A stretch of DNA of 64,000 nt from assembly GCA_951406725.2 (NCBI GenBank), contig OX597814.1, forward strand, positions 219,170,001-219,234,000, written 5' to 3'. Below the pieces are notes generated by a model. The model was not told where the DNA came from and did no database searches. It saw only the letters and a list, made by a program, of their open reading frames with translations. The translations under genes were made by a program, and so were the position numbers. Positions 13,550 through 26,579 of the stretch are shown here, piece by piece. Source of the stretch: Octopus vulgaris. Lineage: Eukaryota. The first letter of the stretch is position 1. Each line of letters opens with the position of its first letter.

Positions 13550-13843
13550 TCATATACATGACAGGCTTCTTTCAGTTTCCATCTACCAAATCCATTTACA
13601 AGGCTTTGGTCAGTCTGAGACGATAGTAGAAGATACTTGTCCTTGGTGCCATGCAATGGGACTGAGCCCAGAATCATATTGTTTTTAGTAACTTAAATAA
13701 AGAAGGATAAACTTAATAGAGTTCATGATATATATAAACTGGAATGGTCATGGCTGGAATGCTTTTGACCAGAAGCTAAATAATAACAACTTTGCTTTTA
13801 CAAGTAAATATTCTGCATTTGAATTTCCATAAACAAAGAGCTG

Positions 13844-13884
<41 letters not shown>

Positions 13885-14083
13885 CATAACCTATCTGTTG
13901 GCATCAGAAGTGAAATGGTTTAGTGGACTAAGAGATTGGTAATAATAGATTGTGGGTCGTGAGTTCAAATCTCTTGCAGGTATTTTGTGCTGTTTTTTAA
14001 AAACTGTACTTATGTACCCTTCATATTATTCAGTTATTGAAAATAGACAGCAAGTTATCAGGTATTGTTGCCTGCAACAGATT

Positions 14084-14466
14084 GGAAGCACTCCGTCGGT
14101 TACGACGACGAGGGTTCCGGTTGATCCGAGTCAATGGAACAGCCTGCTCGTGAAATTAACGTGTAAGTGGCTGAGCACTCCACAGACACGTGCACCCTTA
14201 ACGTAGTTCTCGGGGATATTCAGCGTGACACAGAGAGTGACAAGGCCGGCCCTTTGAAATACAGGTACAACAGAAACAGGAAGTAAGAGTGAGAGAAAGT
14301 TGTGGTGAAAGAGTACAGCAGGAATCACCACCATCCCCTGCCGGAGCCTCGTGGAGCTTTAGGTGTTTTCGCTCAGTAAACACTCACAACGTCCGGTCTG
14401 GGAATCGAAACCGCGATCCTATGACCGCGAGTCCGCTGCCCTAACCACTGGGCCATTGCGCCTCCA
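14084..14466 (-). mobile_element. tRNA-derived SINE family B with 13-bp TSD
   Basis: Head ggaggcgcaatggcccagtggttaggg..ggtttcgattccc. TSD cctgcaacagatt at 14071-14083 and 14467-14479. Confidence 0.88.
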
Positions 14467-15851
14467 CCTGCAACAGATTAGTATCCAACCAAAAGGTAGG
14501 ATTTAATATTCTGTTAGATACAGTCTTTCCATTATGCAAATTTTTCCACAGAAATACTGTGTTCCTCTGATCTATGTCAAAGACATCTCTGCGTTGAAGA
14601 TTGCACCCCACTGTCTGAGATATTGTCTATAGTTGGAAATTGTGGTGTCTGCGAGAGATTCAAAATAAGGACACTACCTTCTCTTCACTCGACGGAGACC
14701 TCTCAGCAGTAATGGACCCTTCAATGCAGCCCAACCCAAACACTAGAAATAGCAGCTGCTTCTCACCTACCTTAACAATGTGCTCACATGTCTAACTCCC
14801 TTGGCTACCACGATCAAAAAAAGGCCCAATCCTGCCCTGCCTGCGCGCACGTCACTCCTGCCCCTTCCTCTTCCGGTCAGCCCCAAGTTCCGGTCAGCTC
14901 CCCAGCTGCTGATGTCATCCCACAGAAATTACAGGTAAAGCTCTAAATAATGGAAAATTCCTCAATCAGAAATTGAACTCACATTACAGACTCAGTTTTG
15001 GCAGGAGCTTAACACCACCCTGTGGTGCTTCCACTTAAAAGATTCTTACAATAAGCCTTTCCAAGCAGTTCCTCATTTCCCAAACATTTACCCAATGTTG
15101 GCATTGGTTACCGTAGTGTTTGCGTAAGAGCTGATGTTTTCAGTGCAGCCTGGCTCTAAGCTTCATGTAAAAGAATTTGTGTTTCAGAAGGGAATAAGTA
15201 ATCTATTCATTTAGTCTTCTACTGCTTTCAGCCATATGGCCAAACCTATATAGCTGAAATACCAACCTATTAAAAAGGTCATGTTAAAAGATTATCTTAT
15301 TATACAGAAATATAATCTTTGCATTAAACTATGAGTTTAAAGAGTGTATTATATGATTGTCAAAATAAATAAATAATAGTTTAATATGGAAATACTTGAG
15401 GAAAATATTGATAATGTTTGTTCTTATATTTCTCATTGTTAATGTTTTCATTTTATTATTATTTTTTTTTACATCAAGTGTGTTCATAGCTTAAAAATTA
15501 ATGCTGTCAGGCTGAAGTATTTCACATACGTGTGTCATACAACTTGTTTCACTCCATAAAAAAAAAGGAAAGAGCCCTGTTTGTTGCAACAATTTATCTG
15601 TTGCATTCATCTTGAAAGGAACTAAAGGAGATAAGGGAGTGGATAGGAAATAAGTTGTAAAATATAAGAGGAAATATTTTTGAAACAAGAAATATATAAA
15701 AAATTTAGAAATATTGACTGTATGATGTTACAAACGATGAATGTGTAAATATACATCCTTGTATAATCATATGTTTAATATATTTGCAATCTAAATTTCT
15801 GATATGCTTCTTACTTTAAAATAGGCATTGGGTTGTCAGATAGACTCCACT

Positions 15852-16068
15852 CTTACTCTCTCTTTTACTCTTTTACTTGTTTCAGTCATTTGACTGCGGC
15901 CATGCTGGAGCACCGCCTTTAGTCGAGCAAATCGACCCCGGGACTTATTTTTTGTAAGCCCAGTACTTATTCTATCGATCTCTTTTGTTGAACTGCTAAG
16001 TGACGGGGACGTAAACACACCAGCATCGGTTGTCAAGCAATGCTAGGGGGACAAACACAGGCACACAA

Positions 16069-16117
<49 letters not shown>

Positions 16118-16282
16118 TACGACAGGCTTCTTTCAGTTTCCGTCTACCAAATCCACTCACAAGGCATTGGTCGGCCCGGGGCTATAGCAGAAGACACTTG
16201 CCCAAGATGCCACGCAGTGGGACTGAACCCGGAACCATGTGGTTGGTTAGCAAGCTACTTACCACACAGCCACTCCTGCGCC
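15852..16282 (-). mobile_element. tRNA-derived SINE family A (representative; - copies also at ~7240-7643, 8636-8871 plus 9262-9400, 13280-13680)
   Basis: Reverse complement of the 308-724 element. Confidence 0.88.
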
Positions 16283-16960
16283 TTTATTTTTTTCTTTTCA
16301 TTTATTTTAATCCTTATTTTTCGTTGATTATTTTAACAAATCAGTCAGTAATATATTTCCCTTTATTGTTCATGAGCCCTTTCCAATGGTCCACCAGCTT
16401 GTCAATACCTTGATGGTAGAAACCACTGGGTCTTGACTTGAAGAATTCATTGTGCCATGTTTTCAGCTCCACATCGTTGTTGAATGTAACACCTTACAGA
16501 CTGTTGGAGAGTCCTTATTTTCTCTGCTTCATATTGATGTAAAGACACCACTTTCATGGCCAGTGATGATGTAGTAAAGAAATCTGTTTCCACAGGTAAC
16601 CTGGTATTGCGTAAGCAAACTGACAGTGAAAGAGGGGTACTTGAGCTTATGTACTGGAATTTGTCTATTTTGTTCAGATTGCATGGCAACCATGCATGGA
16701 ATGTGTGTGTGTGTGTGTGTGTGTGCATGTCTGTATGTTTGTTTACATTTGCACTCATCCACAAATTATTGAGATAGAAGTAGTAATATTGTTCCTAATT
16801 CTCTTGTCAACAAATCATCTCACTTGAAAAAAGGTAAGGGTAAGCAACAGGAAGAGCATCAGTGTGTTAAATAAGGCCTAAATCATATGTCTGTCATGCT
16901 AGCAAAGAAAAAGGGTAAAACAAACTAATGATGTACTACATGTGTATATATATATATATA

Positions 16961-17305
16961 TATTATATTAAATTAGAGATAAAACCACTATTAGGCAAAT
17001 CATACAATGAAAAACTCAAGCCAATACATAAGATTAATTAATTTATATTATTTTAAATATATATCAAAATTATTAAAAAAATTAATTATACTTATTGTCT
17101 TTTTTAATAATTTTGATATATATTTAAATAATATAAATTAAATAATCTTATGTATTGGCTTAAGTTTTTCATTGTATGATTTGCCTAATAGTGGTTTTGT
17201 CTCTAATTTAATATAATATAATATTTTACAATAAAATTGGATTCAATCCTAAATCTGATTTTTCCCTGTAAGTTTGGATTTATTCCCTAATATTTTATTA
17301 TTAAT
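16961..17305. mobile_element. Foldback element (~120-bp near-perfect inverted arms plus tail), same family as 60899-61815, in (TA)n
   Basis: 16961-17081 is the reverse complement of about 17100-17218. Shares terminal and tail sequence with the 60899 element. Confidence 0.75.
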
Positions 17306-19494
17306 ATATATATATATATCATCATCATCATCATCATCGTTTAACGTCCGCTTTCCATGCTAGCATGGGTTGGACGGTTCAACTGGGGTTTGGCAAGCCC
17401 GAGGGCTGCACCAGGCCAGTCAGATCTGGCAGTGTTTCTACAGCTGGATGCCCTTCCTAACGCCAACCATAAGCACAGGTATGACTATGTGGTTAAGAAG
17501 TTTGCTTCCCAGCCACATGGTTACTGGTTCAGTCCCACTGCACAGCACCTTGGGCAAGTGCTTTCTACCATAGCTCCAGGCTGACAAAAGTCATGTTTGT
17601 GGGTTTGGTTGATAGAAACTGAAAGAAGCCTGTCATATACACACACATATGTCTATATGTGTGTGTGGTTGGATATGTATGAGTGTATGCTTATGTCTCT
17701 TTGTCTTGGCATCACATGTTAGCTGTCACTTTATAAGCAGTGTCATTCATTTCCAATATCTTATGGAAATATGTCAGGCCATGGGGAAATATTACCTGGC
17801 TTGGTAACAGGTGAGTCTTGGTGACAGTAATGACATCCAGCCTTAGAAAATCTGTCTCAGTAAACTCCATCTGACCCATGCAAATATGGGGAAGAGGACA
17901 TTAAAATGATGATTCAAACATGCGTGGATGCATGCATGTCTAAGTAGTTCAGAAGTTTGCATTGCAATCACGAGTACTTCGGTTCAGTTACATTGCATGA
18001 CATGTATTGGGAGTGTATCTTTCAATCTACTTTCAGATTTTGTTTATCATATCCAGTCACAAGGCTTTGGTTCGCTTGGGGGCTAATGAGAGAAATTGAA
18101 AATCACTACTTGTAGTTAGTGATGAAAATTAGCCAAAGAAAACTGCAATTTTGCATTTCAATTTTGAATGATTTGTGGTACTGTGCAGTGGAAGTGAACC
18201 CAGACCATTTGGTTAAGAAGCGAACTTCTTAGCCATACAGTCCTTTCCACCACATGTATATAATAACCAGTATTAAAGATTATAAATGATAGCTTAGGAT
18301 GCATACATACCTGTGCATGCATGAGAATGTCCAGATGGAAGGCTGATGATTTCTAGATTGTTGTGACATAGTTTGAAGAATGCACGTCAGCTCTGTGACA
18401 AATTGTTTACTTTAGAGAAGATGAAATATCTACAAGCGGAGACTTGACGCAATGTGCAAAAGACAAGACTACAATGTTGTTTGCAAAGGAGATTTATTCC
18501 TTTCTTTCTATTCTTTTGCTGGTTTAACCTATTGGACCACAGCCAGGATGGGGCTCTGTCTGCAAAGGAACCTATTGATCCCAGTGCATGTGCTTCTGAG
18601 TTGGGCACCTATTTTATTTGTTACTATTTGCTGAACCACTACATCATGGAACATAACTAAACAGCAACAGCTGCTTAAGTATAAATGTAAAAACAAAAAT
18701 CACACACAGACACATGCACCCGTGCGTGCGTGCGTGCGTGCATGTTTGTGCGTGCTTTCATGCAGTTACCATCTGCCAAATTTCACTCTCACAGCATTGC
18801 TTAACCTGAGGCTGGAGAGGAAAACATTTCTACTTCATCTGGTGGCTGCAAGAAAGTGCCCTGAGTAATCATCGTTTCTATTTCTGTTTAAATGACCAAA
18901 AGGTAACTCAACAGACTACTAACTTGTTGCTGATTGGCTAAAGTAATGCATGTGACAATGGTGCAACTAAACTGACCAGCACAAGGTCACTCTTTCATAA
19001 CATTGCTGGTGACTTGACCCTTTAACTGTAGAAATCAGAGACAACCATTCAAAATTTCATTAACCTTTACTGCAGAAAGCACCTTTATATACTAGTCTAG
19101 CTTTTGTTGAGGGGGTCATGGTTGAAACTATTTTTTGTTGGGATATATCAGGTTTATTGAAGCAACATGACTTGCAGAAAATACAAATTCTGTTTCTTGG
19201 TAGATATTTACCATCATTACAAGAATACCTATGAAACTTAATTTTGCATTTATATACAGTAGAGACAAAAGAATTTCTGGAAGGAATGGATGTATATGTG
19301 GTCATCATCATCATCACCATCATCTCTGTTTAACGTCTGTTGTCCATGCTGGCGTGGGTTGGACGGTTTGACCAGAGCTGGTGAGTCGGGGTGTTGCACC
19401 AGTTTAGTTTCTCCATGGTTTTAGGTCTGATTTGGTATGATTTCTGCAGCTGGATGCCCTTCCTAATGCCGACCACTTTATGAAGTGTTTTGGG

Positions 19495-19936
19495 TGCTTA
19501 TATGTGGCACTGCACAGGTGCTTTTATGTGGTGCCACATGGGCGCTTTTACATGACTCCACATGGATGCTCTTGTGTGATGCCACATGGGAATTCTTATG
19601 TGATGCCAAATGAGCGCACTTACGTGACACTGCACGGGCACTTTTACATGATGCTGCACAGGTGCTTTTACGTGATGCTGCACAGGTGCTTTTACGTGAT
19701 GCTGCACAGGTGCTTTTACGTGATGCTGCACAGGTGCTTTTACGTGATGCTGCACAGGTGCTTTTACGTGATGCTGCACAGGTGCTTTTACGTGATGCTG
19801 CACAGGTGCTTTTACGTGATGCTGCACAGGTGCTTTTACGTGATGCTGCACAGGTGCTTTTACGTGATGCTGCACAGGTGCTTTTACGTGATGCTGCACA
19901 GGTGCTTTTACGTGATGCTGCACAGGTGCTTTTATG
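19495..19936. repeat. 24-bp minisatellite (gctgcacaggtgcttttacgtgat) grown inside an RTE 3' UTR
   Basis: About 12 near-identical units at ~19653-19936, preceded by 6-7 degenerate units. Contiguous with the RTE tail at 19303-19490. Confidence 0.95.
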
Positions 19937-20583
19937 TAGCACCACCATGGGTGCTTTATACAACCAGAAGGATCAGTCTTAACACTTCTGCTGCAGGGTT
20001 TGGGTCTTCTTGAGTACAGCCAGGCACCAGGTGTCTTGGTTCTTTGTCATCTCACCTGAAAGGTTCAGCTTCCTGAGGTTGTTTTCAGTGCTTCATCCCA
20101 TGTCTTCCCGAGTCTCCCACTTTTACATGTTAGACCAAGTTACCACTACTGTCATCACCAAAATAACTACCTCTAAATATTGTTATAATCACAACATCAT
20201 CACCACCATAACCACTGCCACCTGCACCATGAAGAGCACCACTAACAAAACCTACATTAAACCAATGAAAGTTCCTCTACATGGTCTCTGGTTCTGCTGG
20301 AAATTGTATACAAATCTTCATCAAATTACTTGCCAACCACCTTAAAAAAAACAAGTGACTCGATAATCTAGTCCTATACCACTTTTCAAAAGTAAAAACC
20401 ACATGGTCACCCCTGGAATGGTTTTGACATAAATGAGTCTCAACTTTGTAGACCTTGCACAAAATAACAGCACCACAGCATCATTTATAAATGAAGAGAG
20501 ATGCGCTTTGTCAGGTTGACTTGTCCTTTCACTACTTGAAAATGAAACTTTTTATAAGGTTCTAAAAGACCATTTAGGTTTAA

Positions 20584-20802
20584 CCCTTTAGTATTCAGAT
20601 TATTCAATCAAACATAATGCCTATTGATTCCCATTGATTTGAATTAATCATGCATCATCTCATATCTTCAAGATCTTGATGGTGTAATTACTTAATGTAG
20701 AATAACATTGTAGGGTAGGTGTGAAAGCCTGGATCTGGTCAGTTTGAACATAAAACAGATTAAATATTTTGGCCGGATATGGCCGGTTTAAATACTAAAA
20801 GG
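20584..20802. mobile_element. piggyBac-type MITE (second family)
   Basis: TTAA|ccctttagtatt ... aatactaaaagg|TTAA; homologous to 42754-42958. Confidence 0.72.
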
Positions 20803-20839
20803 TTAAAAGACTCTTTTAGTTCCATTTTCATGTTATATA

Positions 20840-21222
20840 TCTCTCTCTATATAAACGGCAGTTTGTCTGTGTGTGTGTCTGTGTGTCTGTTAGGTTGTAC
20901 CCTCACCCTGACCACGGCTTTCAACCGATTCTGATGAAACTTGACACACACATAGCCTAATGTCATAATTCAAAACTAACGCAGCTAAAATTTTGAAAAG
21001 TTCCCCCAGTTCTGAAAAAAATCGATAAATTCGACATGGGGTCGAGAATCAGAAACACAAACCACAGACTGTCTAGGGGACGCAACTCGACCTTTTTAAC
21101 TCTCAAAAAAATTTACCATAATTTTTTTTCCATTTTTTTGCTATTTTTTGGCTATAACTCTCTAAAAATTCTTTATAGTTATTTCCCTTACAAACCCGAG
21201 CAACACCGGGCGATACTGCTAG
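20840..21222 (+). mobile_element. Non-autonomous Helitron, chimeric (family 2 5' end, family 1 3' end)
   Basis: A|TC start; cccgagcaacaccggg hairpin plus CTAG|T; ends 46 bp upstream of a TMEM164 exon. Confidence 0.78.
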
Positions 21223-21268
21223 TCTCTAGCTAAAATAGAAATAATGGTTCTTCTTGTTGCTTTTTTAG

Positions 21269-21385
21269 ATTTATTTATTGGCTGCACCACCCAGCATCTT
21301 CACATGGGCAACCTTCAGGCTCCACATGTACATGTTGTCTGGGGCACCGTTGGCCTTGTTCTTCCCAGTAATCAACACTCGATTG
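21269..21385 (+). CDS. TMEM164: TMEM164 orthologue, internal coding exon (117 bp, phase 0/0)
   Basis: ttttttAG acceptor and GTaag donor. Translates IYLLAAPPSIFTWATFRLHMYMLSGAPLALFFPVINTRL, which matches recalled human TMEM164 IFLLACPPC...[24 protein letters not shown]. Confidence 0.93.
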
Positions 21386-22375
21386 GTAAGTTTGTTCTTT
21401 TTTCTTTTCTTTTTTTGTATTCGTATTTATTTAGCTGACGTCTGTGTCACTCTTCGGAACTGACTAACCACATACTTTTATCATGCATATTGTGACTCAC
21501 CACACCATAGTCTCTCACTAGTAACTTTTTCTTTCATTCCTTTTGTAGAAACTCTATGGAATTCCCTCTCCACCACTGTTTTTCCTTCAGATAACAGCAT
21601 AGATATATACTTAAGCAAACCTGAAACAAACTTGATCTCACTGGTTCTGGAGATCTTGCTCTGATCACAAGCATAGCACGTTGTTCTGACTAAGCCATCA
21701 AAAATAAAAAGAAAAAATGGATATTTTCTTTACAAATATTGGCTTTGTGCCTTGAAAAAAGAAACTATTTTTACTAATGAACTGGAAGTGAGGAGTTGGA
21801 ATGCTGTAGTGTTTTGTTCAGTTTCTCCATGGTTTTAGGTTCAAAACCTACCATGCTTAACTTTGCCTTGGATAACTATCCCAGTGGATATTGATTAATC
21901 AATATCAGTAAACATCATTATCATTGTTTTAACGTCCGCTTTTCTGTGCCTGCATGGATTGCATGGAACTTATTGAGGGAGATTTTCTATGACCAGGTAT
22001 CTTTCTCGTTTCCAAACCTCACATGTTTCCAAGTAAAGTAATATTTTCCCATGACCAAACATATTTTCATGGAAAATTGGAAACGAAGGACAATACTCTA
22101 TGAAGGTGAAACTCATTTACAGCTATCACATGTTGTCGAAACAAAGAGACATCAACTGACACACACACACACTTTCAGTTTCTCTCACTCAAATCCACTG
22201 ACAAGGCTTTGGTTGGCCAGGAGCTATGTAGTAGGGATTGAACCCAAAGCAATGTGATTGGGAAGCAAGCTCCTTAATCACACAGCTATGCCTGTGCCTC
22301 TATGGTGCTATCCATATGGATCAGTGTAAACCCGTCTCTCTGTCATAACAGGCTGTGTGACTAGAGCAAAGATAC

Positions 22376-22609
22376 ATATTTCTTTATTACCCACAAGGGG
22401 CTAAACACAGAGGGGACAAACAAGGACAGACATAGGTATTAAGTCGATTACATCGACCCCAGTGCGTAACTGGTACTTAATTTATCGACCCCGAAAGGAT
22501 GAAAGGCAAAGTCGACCTCAGCGGAATTTGAACTCACAACGTAACAGCAGACGAAATACCGCTAAGCATTTCGCCCGACGTGCTAACGTTTCTGCCAGCT
22601 CGCCGACTT
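22376..22609 (-). mobile_element. tRNA-derived SINE family C with 18-bp TSD; central domain resembles the Meta/MESC SINE domain
   Basis: Head ggcgagctggcagaaacg..gagttcaaattcc, then gtcgactttgcctttcatcctttcggggtcgataaattaagtaccag. TSD tgactagagcaaagatac at 22358 and 22610. Older copies near 6160-6360 and 12545-12720. Confidence 0.8.
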
Positions 22610-24502
22610 TGACTAGAGCAAAGATACCACTACATCATCTTCATTCATTTAATGTCTACTCTTCCCTGTTGTAATGTATCAGATGAGAGTAAATTGAGGC
22701 AGGGTTTTCTACAGCCGTTTTGTTTCCAAATGAGGTAGTAACATCCCAGTCTATTGAACAGCAATCAGCCCGGACTGGTTTTTATGGAGAACTGGAAACA
22801 ATGACACCATATGTATGAGCCTTTTGTTTACAGAGAATACATGTGAAGAAGCCTAGACATGCTTTCATGGTCACTGCAAGCAGTGAGCACATGTGGAGAC
22901 AAGGGGGAACATAAACTTTCTCCCACTCACACATACTTGCATGTGCACACACACACATGCTCACATACACACACTTGTGTATGTGCAAATGCACATGCAC
23001 ACACGTGTGTGCACACATACTCACACACATACATGTGCATGTTTGCACGCATACATATACAGGATGGGCTTCTTTCAGTTTCCATCTCCTAAATCCATTC
23101 ACAGGACTTTGGTCAGCACATGGTACCATTTAGAGGGACTTAACCCCAAACAACATGGTTGGGGAACAAACCTTTTGACCCCTCAGTCAAGCCTGCACCT
23201 ATTCATACAATATCGTAATAAAAGGAAATTTGTAAATTATTGTATTCTGTAAATAATTGTCTTCAGTTTTATACAACACAAAATAATTTTATCTTGCTAA
23301 CAAGTTTCACTGAATCCCCAAACCTTTGAAGTTGAAGTACCTCATTATTGAATTTTGAATCTTTTTATAATAATTGTAATGTAAGTGAGTGAGGTTTTTG
23401 TGTGTCTCTCACTAACAACAGAAGTTGCTTCATACAAAATGTGCTGAAAGCAAAAAACAGAAACCTTAGAAATTAAAAATACTTATTTGCAGAAAAAACA
23501 TTAACTCAATGACTCTTACCAAGATTAGATTAAAACAATATTATTCATTGTGTTAATGTTTTTCTTCCATTCATGACTTAAGTGTTTTTAATTTAGATTT
23601 TTTTTAGTACTTCTTCACATTAGGTATACTGGCATGAAGTTGATTATATCTGGGTAATTTCATTCAGCCATTTACAACAGAAGGGTTAATAGCTCTTCAT
23701 ATTGTATTACCTTGCCTTACCTTACCTTGTCTAGGTTGCTCAGCTCTAGATAAAGTCAAAGGAATTATATGTGCCATCATGGACATTTCAAAACTGGTAG
23801 AAGCCATCTCTTGATCCTAGCCAATTCTGCTTTCTCCTCCTTTAGAGAAAGAAAGAAGGATAATGGAAATAAGAGGCTGAGAGATGGAAGAAAAAAGAAA
23901 GGAGAATTAGCTCCATATTGCACTGGTTCTTTATTTATGAAACCCTAAAGGATAAAATGCAGTTTGCCACAGCAGGATTTGAACTTGGAGTGCAGAGCAC
24001 TTGTTCTAATGTTCTAACAACTCTATTACTCTATGATGTCCAGGATCAAGATACTTTAACTAGCATCAATAGATACACTGGATTGATACAACTTGCTGTT
24101 TTAAGTAACGGGAGGATTGTATTGTAATTAGTGTGTTGGATAGCTTGCAGTGATGGATTCAAGTTCTCCTGGATGAGAGTTTTGCAGGATACTAGTATAA
24201 CACATACTCATCCTCAAACTAGCATCACCATTTTCACGGTCAGCATCATTTAATCATGGCTTTGCTTTTGACTACAGGTTGTGTATGCTTGTTGCTGAAC
24301 AACAATCCTTCCTACATTAAACTTATCATTCAATGGCAATGATAACAGATGGACACTAAAAAAAATTTAAATAAAATTAAAAAAACAGCATTCAAGAGAT
24401 TTTTAGTATAATCAAACTTTTGAATTTAGTTTCTACTTTAAAATGTTAATAATGAATTTTTTTTTTATTAAATTTGTCTTTTTTTTTTCTTTAAATTTTA
24501 AG

Positions 24503-24581
24503 TTGGTGTTTGAAAAAGAAGTCTACTACTTACAACATACTTTAATGTTGATTGTTCCAATCTATCTTCTGAGATTGGGAG
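24503..24581 (+). CDS. TMEM164: TMEM164 orthologue, internal coding exon (79 bp, phase 0/1) containing the YYxQH catalytic-His motif
   Basis: tttaAG acceptor and GTaagt donor. Translates LVFEKEVYYLQHTLMLIVPIYLLRLG(G), versus recalled human [27 protein letters not shown]. Frame is continuous with both flanking exons. Confidence 0.93.
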
Positions 24582-25092
24582 GTAAGTTATTTCTTGATAA
24601 CAATTTGTGTGTTATTTCTACAGTATTTGTGTTGTGGTTATTCAGCTCCAAATCAGTCCTGACCAAGATGAAAGGGTTACCAGGAAGCTATAGTAGAGTG
24701 CACCTGCCCAAGGCGCTGTGCAATGAGACTGGTCTCAAAATCACAGGGTTGAGAAGTTCACTTCTCAACCATACAACCATTCCTGCACAGGGTATCTCTG
24801 TCTCCGTGCTGGAAATCAGACCTGGGATACTTGGGTGAAAGTCAGAAAGCCTTACCATTAAAACTGTGCATGTGTGTATGTGTGTATGCATGTGTGTGTG
24901 TGAGAGAGAGAGAGGAAAGAGATTGTTTGTATGATATATTACTCCCATAATGTTGTTAAAGTGACTACAAATCTTGAAGTAATCAACTGCTACTACATCA
25001 AGAAGGTTTTTATGCTGTAAATGAACTACTGGAAGAAATTGAATCTACACTCTGGAGTAAAGATATGTAGTAATATGAAGGAGCTTTGAAGG

Positions 25093-26362
25093 ACAAGTAC
25101 TTACTAGAACTTTGGTCTTTGCTACATTGACTCTTAGGCCTTTTGATTCTAAACCTAGCTTCCACACCCAAAATTTATTTTCTAGTTCCGATAGTGATTC
25201 CACTATGAGGGCCAGGTCATCAGCATAGAGGAGCTCCCAGGGGCAACCCGTCTTGAATTCCTCTGTTATTGCCTGGAGGACTATGATGAATAAAAGGGGA
25301 CTGAGGGCTGAACCTTGGTGGATCCCTACTTCTACCTGGAATTCCTCACTATACTCATTGCCAATCCTAACCTTACTCACAGCCTCTCTGTAAAGGGATG
25401 TACAGCCCTTATTAACCATTCGTCAGTCTCCAGTTTCTGCATTGCCTACCAGATAAGGGATCGGGGGACCCTGTCAAAGGCTTTCTGCAAGTCCACAAAA
25501 GCTAAGTATAGCAGTTTATCTTTAGCGAGGCATTTCTCCTGCAGTTTTCGAACCAGGAATATGGCATCAGTGGTGCTTCTACCCAGCACAAAACTGAACC
25601 GCATCTCATCTAAGCAGATTCTCTCCCTAATAAGATGGGCTATGACCCTCTCCGTGACCTTCATTACCTGATCCAGTAGTTTGATACCCCTGTAGTTATT
25701 TCTATCTAGAGCATCACCTTTACCTTTGTAGCAGTTGACTATGGTGCTGCTACACCAGTCATTGGGTACCTGGTTTACAATGCAGGTGACTAGGCCATAG
25801 CCCACATCACCAGATGTTTTAAGCATCTCAGCAGTGATTCCTGATGGGCTGGGGGCTTTTCCTGGCTTCATACCCTTAGTTGCTTTATCTACTAGGGAGC
25901 TGTCTATTTGGATAGCTGGTCCCTCTACTGGGTCAACATTTGGCAGGCTCCCCTCCTCCCATTCATTCTCCATGTTCAGCAGTCTTTCATAATGGCTTCT
26001 CCAAGCCTCTTTCTTTTCACCATCATCCATGCGGACACATTTCTCTCCTGTGACATCACAATTTTCTCTCACACACTTTCTTGCAATCCAAAATACCTCA
26101 GTTCTTTGGTCCTCACGTCACTGGACATTGGCAAACTTCCTCTTTTCCGCTTCGCTCTTGGTTATGTACACCTGCCACCCAGCCTCCCTTCTGGCTACCT
26201 GGTACAGTTCCCTGCTATCCCCACCCTTCCAGGCTTTCCAGGCCTGTTTCTTTACTCTAATGACTTTGTCTACTGTACTATTCCACCACCACGTATCTCT
26301 AGGTCTGGAAAGGACTTTGCATCATCCACAGACTTGGTCTGTGGCACTCAGCAAGCTGTCCC
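25093..26362 (-). mobile_element. RTE-clade LINE RT fragment, decayed
   Basis: ORFs 25446..26072 and 25045..25419 encode NYRGIKLL, AFVDLQKAFDRV and LLYADDL; homologous to about 62615-63910. Confidence 0.9.
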
Positions 26363-26502
26363 ATCTATCTATATATATATATATATATATGTATATGTAC
26401 ATACATACATATATATGTACATATATACATACATATACATATATATATATGTATACACACACATATATATATGTACATATATATATATACACACACATAT
26501 AT

Positions 26503-26551
<49 letters not shown>

Positions 26552-26579
26552 CACACACATATATACATGTATATATATA

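Noticed and set aside
19478-20013. Repetitive ORFs in four frames; CRISPR-like appearance
   Set aside because: This is a head-to-tail 24-bp minisatellite with no unique spacers and no cas genes, in a eukaryotic context.
20925-20945. CTGATGA in ccgattctgatgaaac (also near 54941)
   Set aside because: No stem II between CTGATGA and the following AAC, and no stem I/III; it is an internal Helitron motif.
1-21268. Search for the upstream TMEM164 exon carrying the LLNPCH catalytic-Cys motif
   Set aside because: Not found by eye; it is presumed to lie upstream of the window, although a short diverged exon could have been missed.
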